64,000 nt of DNA from a virus. The notes under the pieces are model-generated. The model had not been told where the DNA came from, searched no databases, and saw nothing but the letters and a program-made list of their open reading frames with translations. Location of the stretch: positions 38,277-102,276 of IMG/VR virus record IMGVR_UViG_3300017780_002571. One strand, 5' to 3'. Made by a program: the position numbers and the translations under genes. The first letter of the stretch is position 1. Every line of letters starts with the position of its first letter. This document shows positions 1 through 9,955 of the stretch, piece by piece.

Positions 1-386
1 GCGGTCAAGGTTTGGGAGTACAGCGTGTCAGTGCCCGTCAAGGCGTGGCTCCACGTGGCAATAGTCGTGCCCCCTTGCCGTAGAGTTACGGTCAGGCCGT
101 TCCCGGAGCTGGAACTGGCACGGTACCTAAGCACCTGAATGGCACTCCCCGGATGGGAGGTCTCCGATAAGGCCACCTCACAAGTGCTGAGGGACCTAAC
201 GTAGATGTAGTCCGCATCATTAGGGGTCTCCTCGTCCAACATGGAATAGAGGTCGGTACCAGTGCTTGGTAGCCACTCCCCCAACCCCACATCAGTAGAG
301 GGTCTGCCAAGGGTACCAACAGAGACAACTGAGCCCCAGAATCCTGCGGACCAGAAGCCGGGAGCCCAGAAGCCGGGAGCCCACAT
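1..386 (-). CDS. Partial virion structural protein (runs off window edge; not in ORF track)
   Basis: ATG at 384-386 overlaps the upstream TAA (TAATG). Manual translation MWAPGFWAPGFWSAGFWGSVVSVG...TLYSQTLT is open to the window edge. Confidence 0.75.
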   Translation of the reverse strand, partial: MWAPGFWAPGFWSAGFWGSVVSVGTLGRPSTDVGLGEWLPSTGTDLYSMLDEETPNDADYIYVRSLSTCEVALSETSHPGSAIQVLRYRASSSSGNGLTVTLRQGGTTIATWSHALTGTDTLYSQTLT

Positions 387-3300
387 TATGAAGGCCTCAT
401 TGGGTCAAGGGTGGTACCGGAGCCCTGCAGGTCCACCCCGTTCACCTCTCGCACGTCTGATGCAATGGGGTTAGCGTTAGCTGCAGTCAGCACGTTAGCA
501 GGTACGTTCCCCACTGCGGTCAACACGGCTGAGATGTCTCCGGTAATGACAGGGGAGCCCAGTGTCTGGTAGGCCACCACGTGGTCAGGGGCTAGGAAGA
601 TGTTACCAGTGCTTCCCGCTGTGTCGATGATGTCCCGGCTGGACAACGTAGTGGCGTCCCGTCCGTACCCACCAGTGACCAACAGGTCCACCGCACTCAC
701 GTTTCTGATCTTCATGCTGGACAACAAGTAGTTGGCTGGGTCTGGGGCAGAGATGTACGTGAAGTCGTTGGCGATACCTGCCGCAGTGTAGGTCCAGTAC
801 GCAAACGCAGCATAGATTTCACCCCACGTGACCAAGCCTCCAGCGATGTTGCAGTTTACGAGGTCCACCGCGTTGTCAGTGAATGTGATCCCCGTAATCG
901 AGGAGCCAACCAAGCCATTGGCGTTGTAGGTCGCATCCGGCACCTGTGACACGATGTACTCCCGGGCACAGGTCTCGGCGGTGATCCCGCAGGTACCAGC
1001 CAAGTATTCCTTGAACTGATCTGCGTCAGCGCCATTCACTCTGGCCACTCGAACACGGATGTCACGGGAGAGGACTGCAGGCGCTGGGTCTACCCAAGAG
1101 TACCCGGATATGCCGTTGAATAGTTCAACGTCATTTTTGTAGTCGTAAATCTGGACTCGACTAGCCGGAGGAACCCCAAGCAAAGTCACGGACTGAGTGA
1201 CTGAAGGGGTCTGCACCGTGATGCTCGGGCCAGTGTTCACGAACGACACTCCGACTGGTGCCTCCACGATCACAGCCCCGCCAGACGTGTTCACCAGCGT
1301 GACCGTGCCCGAGAAGACGGTAAGGCCCATGGCGTAGGTGCCAGCGGCTTCAAAGCGGATGGTGCACCCAGACAGTCGGTACGTGTGCACTCCCGGTGCC
1401 GCCAACCGCAGAATGCCTCCAGAAAGGGTGCCATCCGTGCTCATTCCCGGCCACGAGACTTCGCAGTTAGTGGGGACAGTAAACGTGATGTCATCCGTGG
1501 TGGTGAGCAGCACTGGGGAGTCTACGTTCAAGCAGGCCCAAGCCTGAATGTAGTCATACACCTTGTGGAACGTGTTGGCCGTACCCGCCCCGATGGTAAT
1601 GCTGGGCGTAACGGTGTTTAGGGTCACACCTGTGTATGCAATGGCCTCGGCCTCCAACACCCCCACGAACGGGTTTACTTCCTGTGTCGTGGAAGTCTCA
1701 TTGATCTTGTACCCGTAGTGGCGGGACCGTTGGATCATGTTCCCGATAACCGTACCGGACAACCAGCACTTGCCAGTTACGGAGGTGGTCTGATGCTCAA
1801 ACCGGAATTCCACGGGTCCTGTCTGGCCTGAACTTTGAACGTAGTCCAAGGTGAAGTCCCACCACGTGTCAGTGACATCTGGCATGGTCTGAGTGACTGT
1901 GACTCCGAATCCGACAATGCTTACGGTTGGACGGGTCCCAGAGCCATACGCAGCGTCCTTGCGCAGACTCCCCTTCACGCGGATAGGCACCCCGGATATC
2001 GTCTGGATGGTTTGAACTCTGGCCATGACGTAGGTGTGCGAGAACCTACCAACCAAGCTGCTTGGGGAATTCTTGGCCAACACGTTGTCTCTCGACCATA
2101 GCGGTACAGAGCTATTCAAGTGGGCGGAGTACACCTGTTGAATGGTGGGGTCGCCGTTCACGCCATTCACCGTGTAAAACGTCTGCAAGGGTGCAGCTTG
2201 CAGGTACACGTTCTCTAACCAAGAAACAGGCCACGAGTGGGCATTAGGGAACGGCGTGTCACAGTTCACGTACTCAACCTCGCCAGACCCAGAAGCACGC
2301 CCTATGGAGCGGCGGTTACCTGAGAACCCAGTCACGAACTTAGCGAACGAGGAATCTACAAATTTCGTAATGCCAGTGCCGTAGGCTACTAGCTCGTAAC
2401 CGTAGGTCTCCAGACCATAGTGAGTTAAATACCCCCCCGAGTTTATCCACATAGGGATGGTAGTCCCGGATAGGTGAAGGTTTCGAGTCACGCACTTCAG
2501 GTTACCTCTGAAATCTGCACCCTGATCTGGCCGAGACCAAACTGAGGCCCATCCCGTTATCTCCTCTGGGGCGCTATACCCGCTAATCTCAAAAGCATGA
2601 CCTCCAATCAGGGTTTGGTAGAACACATTTTCAAAGTTAGGAAAAGTGGTGGAGGTACCGCCCGTAACTCGAAGGCCCCTGCTGTGCTCAAAAAAAGCAT
2701 TGGAGTTGATCCCCCCAATAGAGTGGTCGATACGGTCCCCGCCCATCATAATGTCGAGGCTGTAGGCCCAACCAACCCCCAGACTATCAAATAGGACGTT
2801 TTCCACAAAAGTGGATCGAACCGCATCGGTAGAGCCTGTCAGGTACTGCTCACTGTTGTTGAACCCGTCTTGGCGGCTTAGATGTATGTGACCTCGCTGC
2901 CCGTCCGCCTTGTTGAAACTCTCAAAGATCACGTTGGAAGTAAAGTTACAGACAAGACCTCCCACCAAATGCGGGTTGTTAGTGGTGTTGCCTCCAGCCC
3001 CACTTCCAGTGAACGTGATAGTGGCAATAGTGCCTGCCCCGGGGGTGATGCTGGCAATGAAGACCGTACTGGCCCGGAGGGCAGTGGAGCCATTGCGAGG
3101 TTGAGTGGCGGAGAAGATCAGGCGGTCGCCAACTTCCCACCCAGTGGCGTCGGACACTTGAAAAGAGGTGGACACGTCTTGGGTAAGCGTGGTCAACAGG
3201 TTTGCTCTGCGCTTACGAAACTTCCCACGAAGGACGTGATAGTTAGAGTCCTGCTGAATCCGCAGACTTTGGGACCCCCACCCGCCTAGCCCGGGAAGTA

Positions 3301-3865
3301 ACCACTTAAACGTGCGAGTTGGATGGGCTAGAAGATCAACGGCCAGCTTACCCCCTCCGTAGCAGGTGGAGACCGCGATAGTACGGAGCTGGGTGGACAT
3401 CGTGGTGGCCGCTTGGAACGTGGCACCAACGTGAACAAACAGCGCGTCTACCACAGTATCGGCCATGTCAAAGACCATCACATAGGGGCGGGCAATAAAC
3501 ACCCCCGCGCCAGAACCTCCAAAGTAGCCTCCTTGGTCCACCAGAGGAGTGCCTCCGGGGGTTCTCGCAATTTGAAAAGTATTAGCCGTCACGTTCCTCA
3601 TGTAGTACACGTTGCTGTACATGAGTGGGGCACGCACCTGAGCCCCGGTAGGGCAGCCGAGTACAAAGGGCTCGTCATTAACGTACCCGTGGGCGTTTGA
3701 GGTGACGGTGAGGATGGACCCCGGTGCTTGGGGAATGGCCGTGATCAGAGTCCGAGGGTTGCCAATCGTCACCTGATCTAGGGAGTCGGGTACAAGACCC
3801 GTAGACCAAGCGGATGGGTTGGACCAATTCCCACCTGTACCCGGCACCGTTGTGACTGCTGGCAT
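386..3865 (-). CDS. Large virion fibre/adhesin-like protein (1159 aa)
   Basis: G/T/S/V-rich; N-terminal WSNPSAWSTGLVP and DATGWEVGDRLI segments resemble G8-associated adhesins; lies in tail-fibre region. Confidence 0.6.
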   Translation of the reverse strand: MPAVTTVPGTGGNWSNPSAWSTGLVPDSLDQVTIGNPRTLITAIPQAPGSILTVTSNAHGYVNDEPFVLGCPTGAQVRAPLMYSNVYYMRNVTANTFQIARTPGGTPLVDQGGYFGGSGAGVFIARPYVMVFDMADTVVDALFVHVGATFQAATTMSTQLRTIAVSTCYGGGKLAVDLLAHPTRTFKWLLPGLGGWGSQSLRIQQDSNYHVLRGKFRKRRANLLTTLTQDVSTSFQVSDATGWEVGDRLIFSATQPRNGSTALRASTVFIASITPGAGTIATITFTGSGAGGNTTNNPHLVGGLVCNFTSNVIFESFNKADGQRGHIHLSRQDGFNNSEQYLTGSTDAVRSTFVENVLFDSLGVGWAYSLDIMMGGDRIDHSIGGINSNAFFEHSRGLRVTGGTSTTFPNFENVFYQTLIGGHAFEISGYSAPEEITGWASVWSRPDQGADFRGNLKCVTRNLHLSGTTIPMWINSGGYLTHYGLETYGYELVAYGTGITKFVDSSFAKFVTGFSGNRRSIGRASGSGEVEYVNCDTPFPNAHSWPVSWLENVYLQAAPLQTFYTVNGVNGDPTIQQVYSAHLNSSVPLWSRDNVLAKNSPSSLVGRFSHTYVMARVQTIQTISGVPIRVKGSLRKDAAYGSGTRPTVSIVGFGVTVTQTMPDVTDTWWDFTLDYVQSSGQTGPVEFRFEHQTTSVTGKCWLSGTVIGNMIQRSRHYGYKINETSTTQEVNPFVGVLEAEAIAYTGVTLNTVTPSITIGAGTANTFHKVYDYIQAWACLNVDSPVLLTTTDDITFTVPTNCEVSWPGMSTDGTLSGGILRLAAPGVHTYRLSGCTIRFEAAGTYAMGLTVFSGTVTLVNTSGGAVIVEAPVGVSFVNTGPSITVQTPSVTQSVTLLGVPPASRVQIYDYKNDVELFNGISGYSWVDPAPAVLSRDIRVRVARVNGADADQFKEYLAGTCGITAETCAREYIVSQVPDATYNANGLVGSSITGITFTDNAVDLVNCNIAGGLVTWGEIYAAFAYWTYTAAGIANDFTYISAPDPANYLLSSMKIRNVSAVDLLVTGGYGRDATTLSSRDIIDTAGSTGNIFLAPDHVVAYQTLGSPVITGDISAVLTAVGNVPANVLTAANANPIASDVREVNGVDLQGSGTTLDPMRPS

Positions 3866-3973
3866 GCTGACCTCTATTTGATTGATTTCAAGATAGGCAG
3901 TCTACCAGACTCACACCTGTGAGGGCTCGAACTGCCCTAGCTAGAGGGGCAACAAGGCCCCTCCCGTAGTCAC

Positions 3974-4444
3974 TTAGTTGTCCAGTTGGAAAGACAAGCT
4001 GGAGATGGGGAATGTCACGGCATCCCCGGAGTTGATCACCTTGGTAGCAGTCAGGGCGGAGTACACCAACAGGTTACCGCCAGTCAGGGCGTCATAGATG
4101 CCCACACCTGTGAGAGTGCCCCAGCCAGAGGGGGTAGGGGTTGGGAAAGTGATCACTGCATTGTTGCTGGTGGTCCCAGTGTTCCCGGAGGATGCAACCG
4201 TGGTCGTAGGGCCTTGAGTACCAGCCCAATTGGCCATGGAGGAGGCCACGGACACCCGGGCGTAGGCGTTACCAGCCACCTCAGTACCCGCAGTGGAGTC
4301 GGTTGGGTTGGCAGTCAACAAGCCAATGAACAAGGCGGTTGGGCCGGAGCCTGCGCCAGCACTGCCACCAGTGATGCCCAAGGCCTGACCGCGAAACAGC
4401 CAGTCGATCAATTTGTTTTCAGCGAAATCGGAAAAGGCAGACAT
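3974..4444 (-). CDS. Small tail-fibre-associated structural protein
   Basis: MSAFSDFAENKLIDW...EVAGNAYARV...FPTPTPSGWGT...IYDALTGGNLL pattern typical of small phage fibre proteins; AGGAG RBS upstream. Confidence 0.7.
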   Translation of the reverse strand: MSAFSDFAENKLIDWLFRGQALGITGGSAGAGSGPTALFIGLLTANPTDSTAGTEVAGNAYARVSVASSMANWAGTQGPTTTVASSGNTGTTSNNAVITFPTPTPSGWGTLTGVGIYDALTGGNLLVYSALTATKVINSGDAVTFPISSLSFQLDN

Positions 4445-4484
4445 GAAATTCTCCTAGGTGGATAAAGTTAAACCAAACACCCCT

Positions 4485-5090
4485 CTAGGAGGTGACTTCT
4501 TTCGTAACGGACACGGGGCCAGTCAGAATGCACGTAACCACGCCAGTTGGAGATTCTACCTCCAGATCGTACACCCCGGAAGTAAAACTCAGGGCTGCAG
4601 TCTCAGTGGCGGTTAGCTGAATGGTGATGGTGAAGCCTGATACGTCCAGAGCGATCCGTCCATCAACGGAGCCCAAGGATAGGAGCAGGTCTCCATCCAC
4701 CTTTCGCTTGATGTGCATTCGAGCCACGTAACCTGTAAGGTCCACGGGACTGTAGAACTGGAGGAACCCGCCGCCAGCGTAAGACTTGGAGGCTGCAGTG
4801 CTAACCCCGTTGAGCTCCACCGAAGTAGAGGAGACCACCGTAGCTTTCTTGAAGTCCTTGGGGGCTGGAGGACTCTTCGAGGCATTGAGCTCAGAAGGCC
4901 CTTTAACGCCCACCAGAGCCACTCTCCAGCCGTTGGGAATACCATGGGGTAGGGCAGTGCTAATAACCGCTGAGGCGGCATTAGATATGCCTGATACCGG
5001 AACTGAGAGGAATGGCTCAGCCTCCCAGCGCACGGCTTGAGATAAGGTGCGACCCTTCTCAATCACTAACGGGAAGAGAGTACCGGGCAT
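4485..5090 (-). CDS. Virion structural protein (fibre/baseplate adaptor-like)
   Basis: Start reassigned to MPGTLF (TAATG coupling); PVDLTGYVARMHI...GVYDLEVESPTG Ig-like adaptor pattern with an inserted STALPHGIPNG domain. Confidence 0.6.
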   Translation of the reverse strand: MPGTLFPLVIEKGRTLSQAVRWEAEPFLSVPVSGISNAASAVISTALPHGIPNGWRVALVGVKGPSELNASKSPPAPKDFKKATVVSSTSVELNGVSTAASKSYAGGGFLQFYSPVDLTGYVARMHIKRKVDGDLLLSLGSVDGRIALDVSGFTITIQLTATETAALSFTSGVYDLEVESPTGVVTCILTGPVSVTKEVTS

Positions 5091-5407
5091 TAAAGGCCCC
5101 CATGAGTGATAGTCACGGATTGGGTAGCGCCAGCCGACAGCAAGGCTACACAATCATGGCTGCTATGGCGCTTGAAGTGTCGAACTGTGCCGGGTGGGAC
5201 GTACTGGGAGGCTGGAGTAGCCACGGGAGACGAGGCAAACGGGCCACTCGTGATGTAGACCCCAACAGGTCCGGGGTTGGACACCGACAGGATACTACTG
5301 GTAGTGGCAGCGTTGGCTTGAGCCCCTGCGGACCACTGAGTAATGGCGGAGGCTCCCGTGGCTGAAATGACTTGGCCAACTGCGTGGAGGGAAAAAATGT
5401 GTGACAC
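5090..5407 (-). CDS. Small hypothetical virion protein
   Basis: 105-aa ORF with AAGGAG RBS, downstream of a predicted promoter, coupled to the next gene. Confidence 0.55.
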   Translation of the reverse strand: MSHIFSLHAVGQVISATGASAITQWSAGAQANAATTSSILSVSNPGPVGVYITSGPFASSPVATPASQYVPPGTVRHFKRHSSHDCVALLSAGATQSVTITHGGL

Positions 5408-5431
5408 GATGGGCTCCTTAATTACGTGGCG

Positions 5432-5460
5432 AGTTTACAGATTCAAACATTGGTGGTCAA
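5432..5460 (-). promoter_or_regulatory. Sigma70-like promoter TTGACC-17-TAAACT
   Basis: Hexamers with 17-bp spacer; palindrome copy at 5477 just upstream. Confidence 0.55.
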
Positions 5461-5481
5461 GGTGAGAGATGGGGTTTGCAG

Positions 5482-6036
5482 TTAATTGCACAGAACCTGA
5501 TCCGGCTCATACTTATGACTTCTGCCAGAGAACTTACGGTGGCTCAGCCCCCTGTCTATGTTCCAGCGGTACCCTACCCAGTCCATGTGCACATAGGGTA
5601 ACAGAGACTGAAGTCCATAACTACTAAGGGCTATCTTGTCTAACCCCTGAATGATGTCCTGATGCTGTGGAATCAAGGGCATGAGTAGCTCCCGTCTCGC
5701 CACCCACAGGTGGTGGAATGGCCTAGCCGCCTGCACCTGACCGTCCTTGCACGCATGCTCCATGGTGAAGAGAGAGGAATGCCCTCCCCGCTCCATCTCC
5801 TCTACCACCTTCTCCATGGTATTAGGGGTCACGGTGTCATCGTCATCCAAGAAGGTCACGTACTTAGCAGTGCCCATCTGGAAGCCTTCCATGCGACCCC
5901 TCGTGATGTCCCCACGATACCCGGGGAGCACGAACACGTTGCAGGCCTGCCCTTGCAAAGACTCCAAAGCCTCATCAAGCCAAGCCTGATTGAGGTCCGG
6001 GTTAGTCAGGACGTGGCAGTCTATATCGTAGGTCAC
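5482..6036 (-). CDS. GT-A fold (GT2-like) glycosyltransferase
   Basis: WLDEALESLQGQ, GRMEGFQMGTAKYVTFLDDDD (DxD motif). Confidence 0.8.
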   Translation of the reverse strand: MTYDIDCHVLTNPDLNQAWLDEALESLQGQACNVFVLPGYRGDITRGRMEGFQMGTAKYVTFLDDDDTVTPNTMEKVVEEMERGGHSSLFTMEHACKDGQVQAARPFHHLWVARRELLMPLIPQHQDIIQGLDKIALSSYGLQSLLPYVHMDWVGYRWNIDRGLSHRKFSGRSHKYEPDQVLCN

Positions 6037-7043
6037 GCAAATCCCTTGTCTAACCTGCAGAGGAACACGGCCAGCTCAGCATCGTAGGTGCAAGACAATA
6101 GGTCTACAGAGTTGGGAGCGGTACTGAGGACCTTGCTCATACCTGTTGGAAAGACATAGACCGGATCAAACGTAATGACTCGGTTGCCAGTGGCATCTTG
6201 GCGAATACGAACGAAGAACTCCTGACCATCTAGGGGGTTGGTGAATGGGGCCAACGATCCGTTTTGAATCATGGTTAGGCGGTACTTAGAGCCCAGCCCA
6301 GACCCCAGCGCGCTCATGGCACCTGAGGAGGGTATGACCACCATGGGGTTGCCATGTACGATATCCCCGGTGGAGCGCTGATGATATACCACTCGCCAGT
6401 TACTACCGCCTGTGCAAATTACGAGCATCAGGTCATTGATGTAGGGGCGTCGGTTCACGGCCCCGGGGATATCTAGGGCCGCGCTGTGGGTCATGATCGG
6501 AGCCCCGGTAAACCACAAGATGCGCATGGCCCCACTAGTGGCTCCTCCAAGGTTGTTGATGGTCGTGGAGCCGGAAACAACAACGAAATTAGAGGAGACA
6601 GCCCCCAAAAACATATTACCTGCGGAGGCCACTGTAGGCGCATCGGCAAAGTCCAAGGGGGTAGTAAGCTTTCCTCCACCGAACTTGCCGAAGATACCTC
6701 CCGGGCTAGAGCGCCAGTCCGTGATAGAGCTCACCCCTCCAGCGTTCGTAACCACGAGGTACAGCCTAGCGTACCCGTTCCCGTTATTCCAGTTAGTGGT
6801 GCTGTTGGAGCTAGACACCACACCTGTAACGAGGTCCAAGACGATGTAGTTGTTGTTCAGAGAAAGGAGGGTCACAGTTCCATTTGGAACCACAACCCCG
6901 GCCCATGTTCCGCCCCAGAACCCCCAAGTAAGCCCTGCGGAAGTGGCAGGGTTTCTAGCGCCCATCTCGAAAGGCAGCAAGGCGGTAAAGTTGGCGTTGA
7001 TTGGCAGCTCTGGGCTTACCTGATTGGACAAGACGTTTAGCAT
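6033..7043 (-). CDS. Tail fibre / receptor-binding protein
   Basis: N-terminal ATSAGLTWGFWGG tail-anchor pattern; C-terminal IRQDATGNRVITF...LSTAPNSVDLL fibre-tip pattern; follows the tip protein. Confidence 0.7.
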   Translation of the reverse strand: MLNVLSNQVSPELPINANFTALLPFEMGARNPATSAGLTWGFWGGTWAGVVVPNGTVTLLSLNNNYIVLDLVTGVVSSSNSTTNWNNGNGYARLYLVVTNAGGVSSITDWRSSPGGIFGKFGGGKLTTPLDFADAPTVASAGNMFLGAVSSNFVVVSGSTTINNLGGATSGAMRILWFTGAPIMTHSAALDIPGAVNRRPYINDLMLVICTGGSNWRVVYHQRSTGDIVHGNPMVVIPSSGAMSALGSGLGSKYRLTMIQNGSLAPFTNPLDGQEFFVRIRQDATGNRVITFDPVYVFPTGMSKVLSTAPNSVDLLSCTYDAELAVFLCRLDKGFA

Positions 7044-7054
7044 GTTGTTAGTAC

Positions 7055-8875
7055 CTAAGAAAAGAACATGGAGCCCTGCAGGGCATGACCCCTACCGACC
7101 ACTGAAGACATTTGATACACGCGAATGTACACCCGACTCTGGACCCCGCCAAACAACGTAGTCTGCTGGGCCAACGTGAGTGTGAAGTTAGGAACTGAAA
7201 CGGTAAAGGTTGCCAACACTGTGGAGTACGCACTGGAAGAGTACACCTCAACTTGGTAGCTCTCACTGGTCTCCCCCAGAGGGGTTAGCCAGCCCGTAGT
7301 CCCAACCCACCGGGAGGACAGTCTGGTCCGTCTAGACCAACTGCAAGAATGAGTACCGTTAGCCTCGTCTGGAATGTTGGTAAGGCCAACTGGCGCATAC
7401 GGGCGTAATGTGTTGCCTGTGAGCGTTATAGAAGCCTGCGCACGGGTACTAACCGCCTCGGCAGTCTGCAGGCCAGTGGTGATAGATTTGTAGTGCCTAG
7501 TGGTCCCTAGCAGCGAGGTCTGCAGCTTGGAGAACTTCATGGTCGGCTCTAGAAACACCAAGACCTCGTTGTTGGCGTGGGTGGTCATCCGGTGCCCAGT
7601 ACCATAGCAGCCTCGAATCAAGCCACTAAGGATGTACACGGTTGGGCTGTACAACACCGCGCTTCTAAACCTGATTATCTCGCCCCCAGTAACCAGCATA
7701 TTCAAAGTGGCGTTCAGGGTCAGACGCTCGAAGGTAACCCCCTCAGGCACGGTGCCCGGGTTATCCACTCGGACAATGATGGCAAGCTCTTCGAAATTCT
7801 CCACCCCGGATTTGGAGGCGTTCAATAAGGCATGAGTATTATCCACCAGTAGCCCACTTGGAACCTTGCCTGTGGCTGGTCCGTTCGTACCCCAGTTGAT
7901 AGGCACTGCGGAGCTGTTCGTCTCGCTGGTCTCGTAGATAGTGGCCGAGTTCCAAGAGCCCCAAGGGGAGGCACCGTACATCGGATCGTCTACGCCACAA
8001 GCAAGGTACACCCCCGGGTAATCGTCCACGTCTCGCAGCATCGGCAGGTCTAGCGGGAACATCAAGGTCATGCACTTGGGGATTTGGGCGGACTCCGGGT
8101 AGTACGACTGATCCGTACTGGACGTGGAAGTGGCTAAGGTCAGGGCAGAGTCTTGCACGCACTCCAACTCAATAATCGACCCGGAATCCATACGAGACAA
8201 GACCCTGAGACGGTAAGTCTTACCCGGAACAACAGTGGGAACCTCTCCCACCATGACCACACGAGACTTGTCCGTCACTTGGATGATGTCTGAAGGTTCA
8301 ACCCCTGCGTACTTGAGGCCTACTCGAATGGTCGCAGTCAGTCTGGAGAATACCTTCTCCCGCACGATGGCGTCTGCGATCTGCTTGGCGTCCCTCGGGT
8401 GTAGTAGGAGAGGCAGGGAGACCACCTTGGCAGCGGAGTGGGTGCCAGTCAATGCCTGAGACATCTGAGAGTCGGTCTGCTGATCATCCAAGATATTGGA
8501 GTACGTGACGTTGACTGCTGTGTTTGTCTCCAACCCGGAAGCCACTACCAAGGGCAAGGCGTCCGCCTCTTGCCCACCTAGGCTCACGAACCCTAGGTCT
8601 TCGTAAGGGATCGTGACCACTGAGTTAGGCGCAAACTCACGGTACCGAAAATACAGCTTGTCGCTAAGCCTAGTCTCGAAGTAGTAGGCCGTGGCCAAGA
8701 TGTCGAGGGCAGATCGAGAGGAGCTAAGAGTGGACAGGGCGAGGGCACTCACACCAGAGTACTGTGAGTAGATGCCTGCGGTGTCTATGTCATCGTCGGC
8801 CATTCCCGCACGGCGACACAGACCACGTACCACGGACCATAGAGGCTCGTTGCTGGAGTCAGACTGGAAGTCCAT
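7055..8875 (-). CDS. Tail tip/host-specificity protein, C-terminal part (GTA g15/gpJ-like)
   Basis: LDLPMLRD, GGEIIRFRSA, LSGLIRGCYGT, LRPYAPV, SWSRRTR, PLGETSESYQVEV, VYQMSSVVGRG motifs. Confidence 0.85.
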   Translation of the reverse strand: MDFQSDSSNEPLWSVVRGLCRRAGMADDDIDTAGIYSQYSGVSALALSTLSSSRSALDILATAYYFETRLSDKLYFRYREFAPNSVVTIPYEDLGFVSLGGQEADALPLVVASGLETNTAVNVTYSNILDDQQTDSQMSQALTGTHSAAKVVSLPLLLHPRDAKQIADAIVREKVFSRLTATIRVGLKYAGVEPSDIIQVTDKSRVVMVGEVPTVVPGKTYRLRVLSRMDSGSIIELECVQDSALTLATSTSSTDQSYYPESAQIPKCMTLMFPLDLPMLRDVDDYPGVYLACGVDDPMYGASPWGSWNSATIYETSETNSSAVPINWGTNGPATGKVPSGLLVDNTHALLNASKSGVENFEELAIIVRVDNPGTVPEGVTFERLTLNATLNMLVTGGEIIRFRSAVLYSPTVYILSGLIRGCYGTGHRMTTHANNEVLVFLEPTMKFSKLQTSLLGTTRHYKSITTGLQTAEAVSTRAQASITLTGNTLRPYAPVGLTNIPDEANGTHSCSWSRRTRLSSRWVGTTGWLTPLGETSESYQVEVYSSSAYSTVLATFTVSVPNFTLTLAQQTTLFGGVQSRVYIRVYQMSSVVGRGHALQGSMFFS

Positions 8876-9522
8876 TAGTTACTCGCGTAGTGAGAAATTT
8901 CAAACTGCAGATTAGGGATACTGCCAGACTCCCCGAGGTCCAAGTTCTCGATGAACACGGTGGTACGTCCTCGATAGGCAACCGCGTTGGCTATCCCCAC
9001 AGCCGCCTCGTACACAGGGTCAGGCATTTGGCTGGGGTCCCCGTTGTACATGGTCATCCGAGTCCATGGCCCCGGGCCTCCGAATGTGGACACTACCTTA
9101 TTGTTAGACCACACCTTCCTCAGGCTAGAGGATATCCGGCAGTCCAAAAGGTACAGCACGTCAATAGCGTAGGTGTAGGACGTAACCGTCTGGGCTGGGG
9201 CTGGGGGAGCTCCTCCGCCTTTACCCCCGCCGCCACCACTGGTGGAAGTGTGGGCAGTCTCTTTTTTGTTGGAAGACCACACAACGTTCCCGGCTGAGCG
9301 TGGGTGCCCAATCAGGTAGGGAATGACAGCCCCGTAACTGCTCGTACCACTGGACAGGTCTCGAAGCCGGGGACCTTCGCTTTTCTGCGGAGACCCACTG
9401 GCCTCTGGGGCCACGACCCCAGCTACCACGCCACCCAAGGCCCAACCAAGCTGAGCCCCGGCAGGTCCACCAAAGGCGCCCCCTACGGCAGCCCCGGCAA
9501 CTCTCAATACCATTTGTGCCAT
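8875..9522 (-). CDS. Tail tip protein, N-terminal part
   Basis: Start MAQMVL at 9522; EGPRLRDL, SYGAVIP, AGNVVWS, AYRG...IPNLQFEI motifs of the GTA-type tip N-terminus. Confidence 0.85.
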   Translation of the reverse strand: MAQMVLRVAGAAVGGAFGGPAGAQLGWALGGVVAGVVAPEASGSPQKSEGPRLRDLSSGTSSYGAVIPYLIGHPRSAGNVVWSSNKKETAHTSTSGGGGGKGGGAPPAPAQTVTSYTYAIDVLYLLDCRISSSLRKVWSNNKVVSTFGGPGPWTRMTMYNGDPSQMPDPVYEAAVGIANAVAYRGRTTVFIENLDLGESGSIPNLQFEISHYASN

Positions 9523-9523
9523 A

Positions 9524-9955
9524 TCAGACTCCGTGGTATCGGAACATGCCAACCAGCTTGATGGTGGACAGAAACACCAGACGTTGCTCCACCACTTTCC
9601 CGGAACCACTGGAGGAGTGGATCAGGCTGCAGCGACCACCGGGATAGTCCCCGACGATGCCTACATGCTGAGGGTCAGACTCAATGGCGATGCAACACAC
9701 GTCCCCAAGCTGAGCATCCTCAAATGGGACCTCTCTCAGATTCTGTGCAATTAGTTGCAGAAAGCTAGTCCCATCTGGCACTCTGGGATAGCAGTTGACA
9801 TCGAAGTTCGGATCAACAAGACCAAGATTTCTGGCCACCCCAATTACCAACCCCACGCAGTCCACACCCACCCCCTTCACCCGTGCTTGATGGTGAAAGG
9901 GAGTACCAAGCCAGCTTCTTGCCTCGGTAACAATGGATTCTTTTGAAACGGTCAT
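9524..9955 (-). CDS. NlpC/P60 tail-associated peptidase (GTA g14-like)
   Basis: ARSWLGTPFHHQARVKGVGVDCVGLV with catalytic Cys; QHVGI His. Confidence 0.92.
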   Translation of the reverse strand: MTVSKESIVTEARSWLGTPFHHQARVKGVGVDCVGLVIGVARNLGLVDPNFDVNCYPRVPDGTSFLQLIAQNLREVPFEDAQLGDVCCIAIESDPQHVGIVGDYPGGRCSLIHSSSGSGKVVEQRLVFLSTIKLVGMFRYHGV

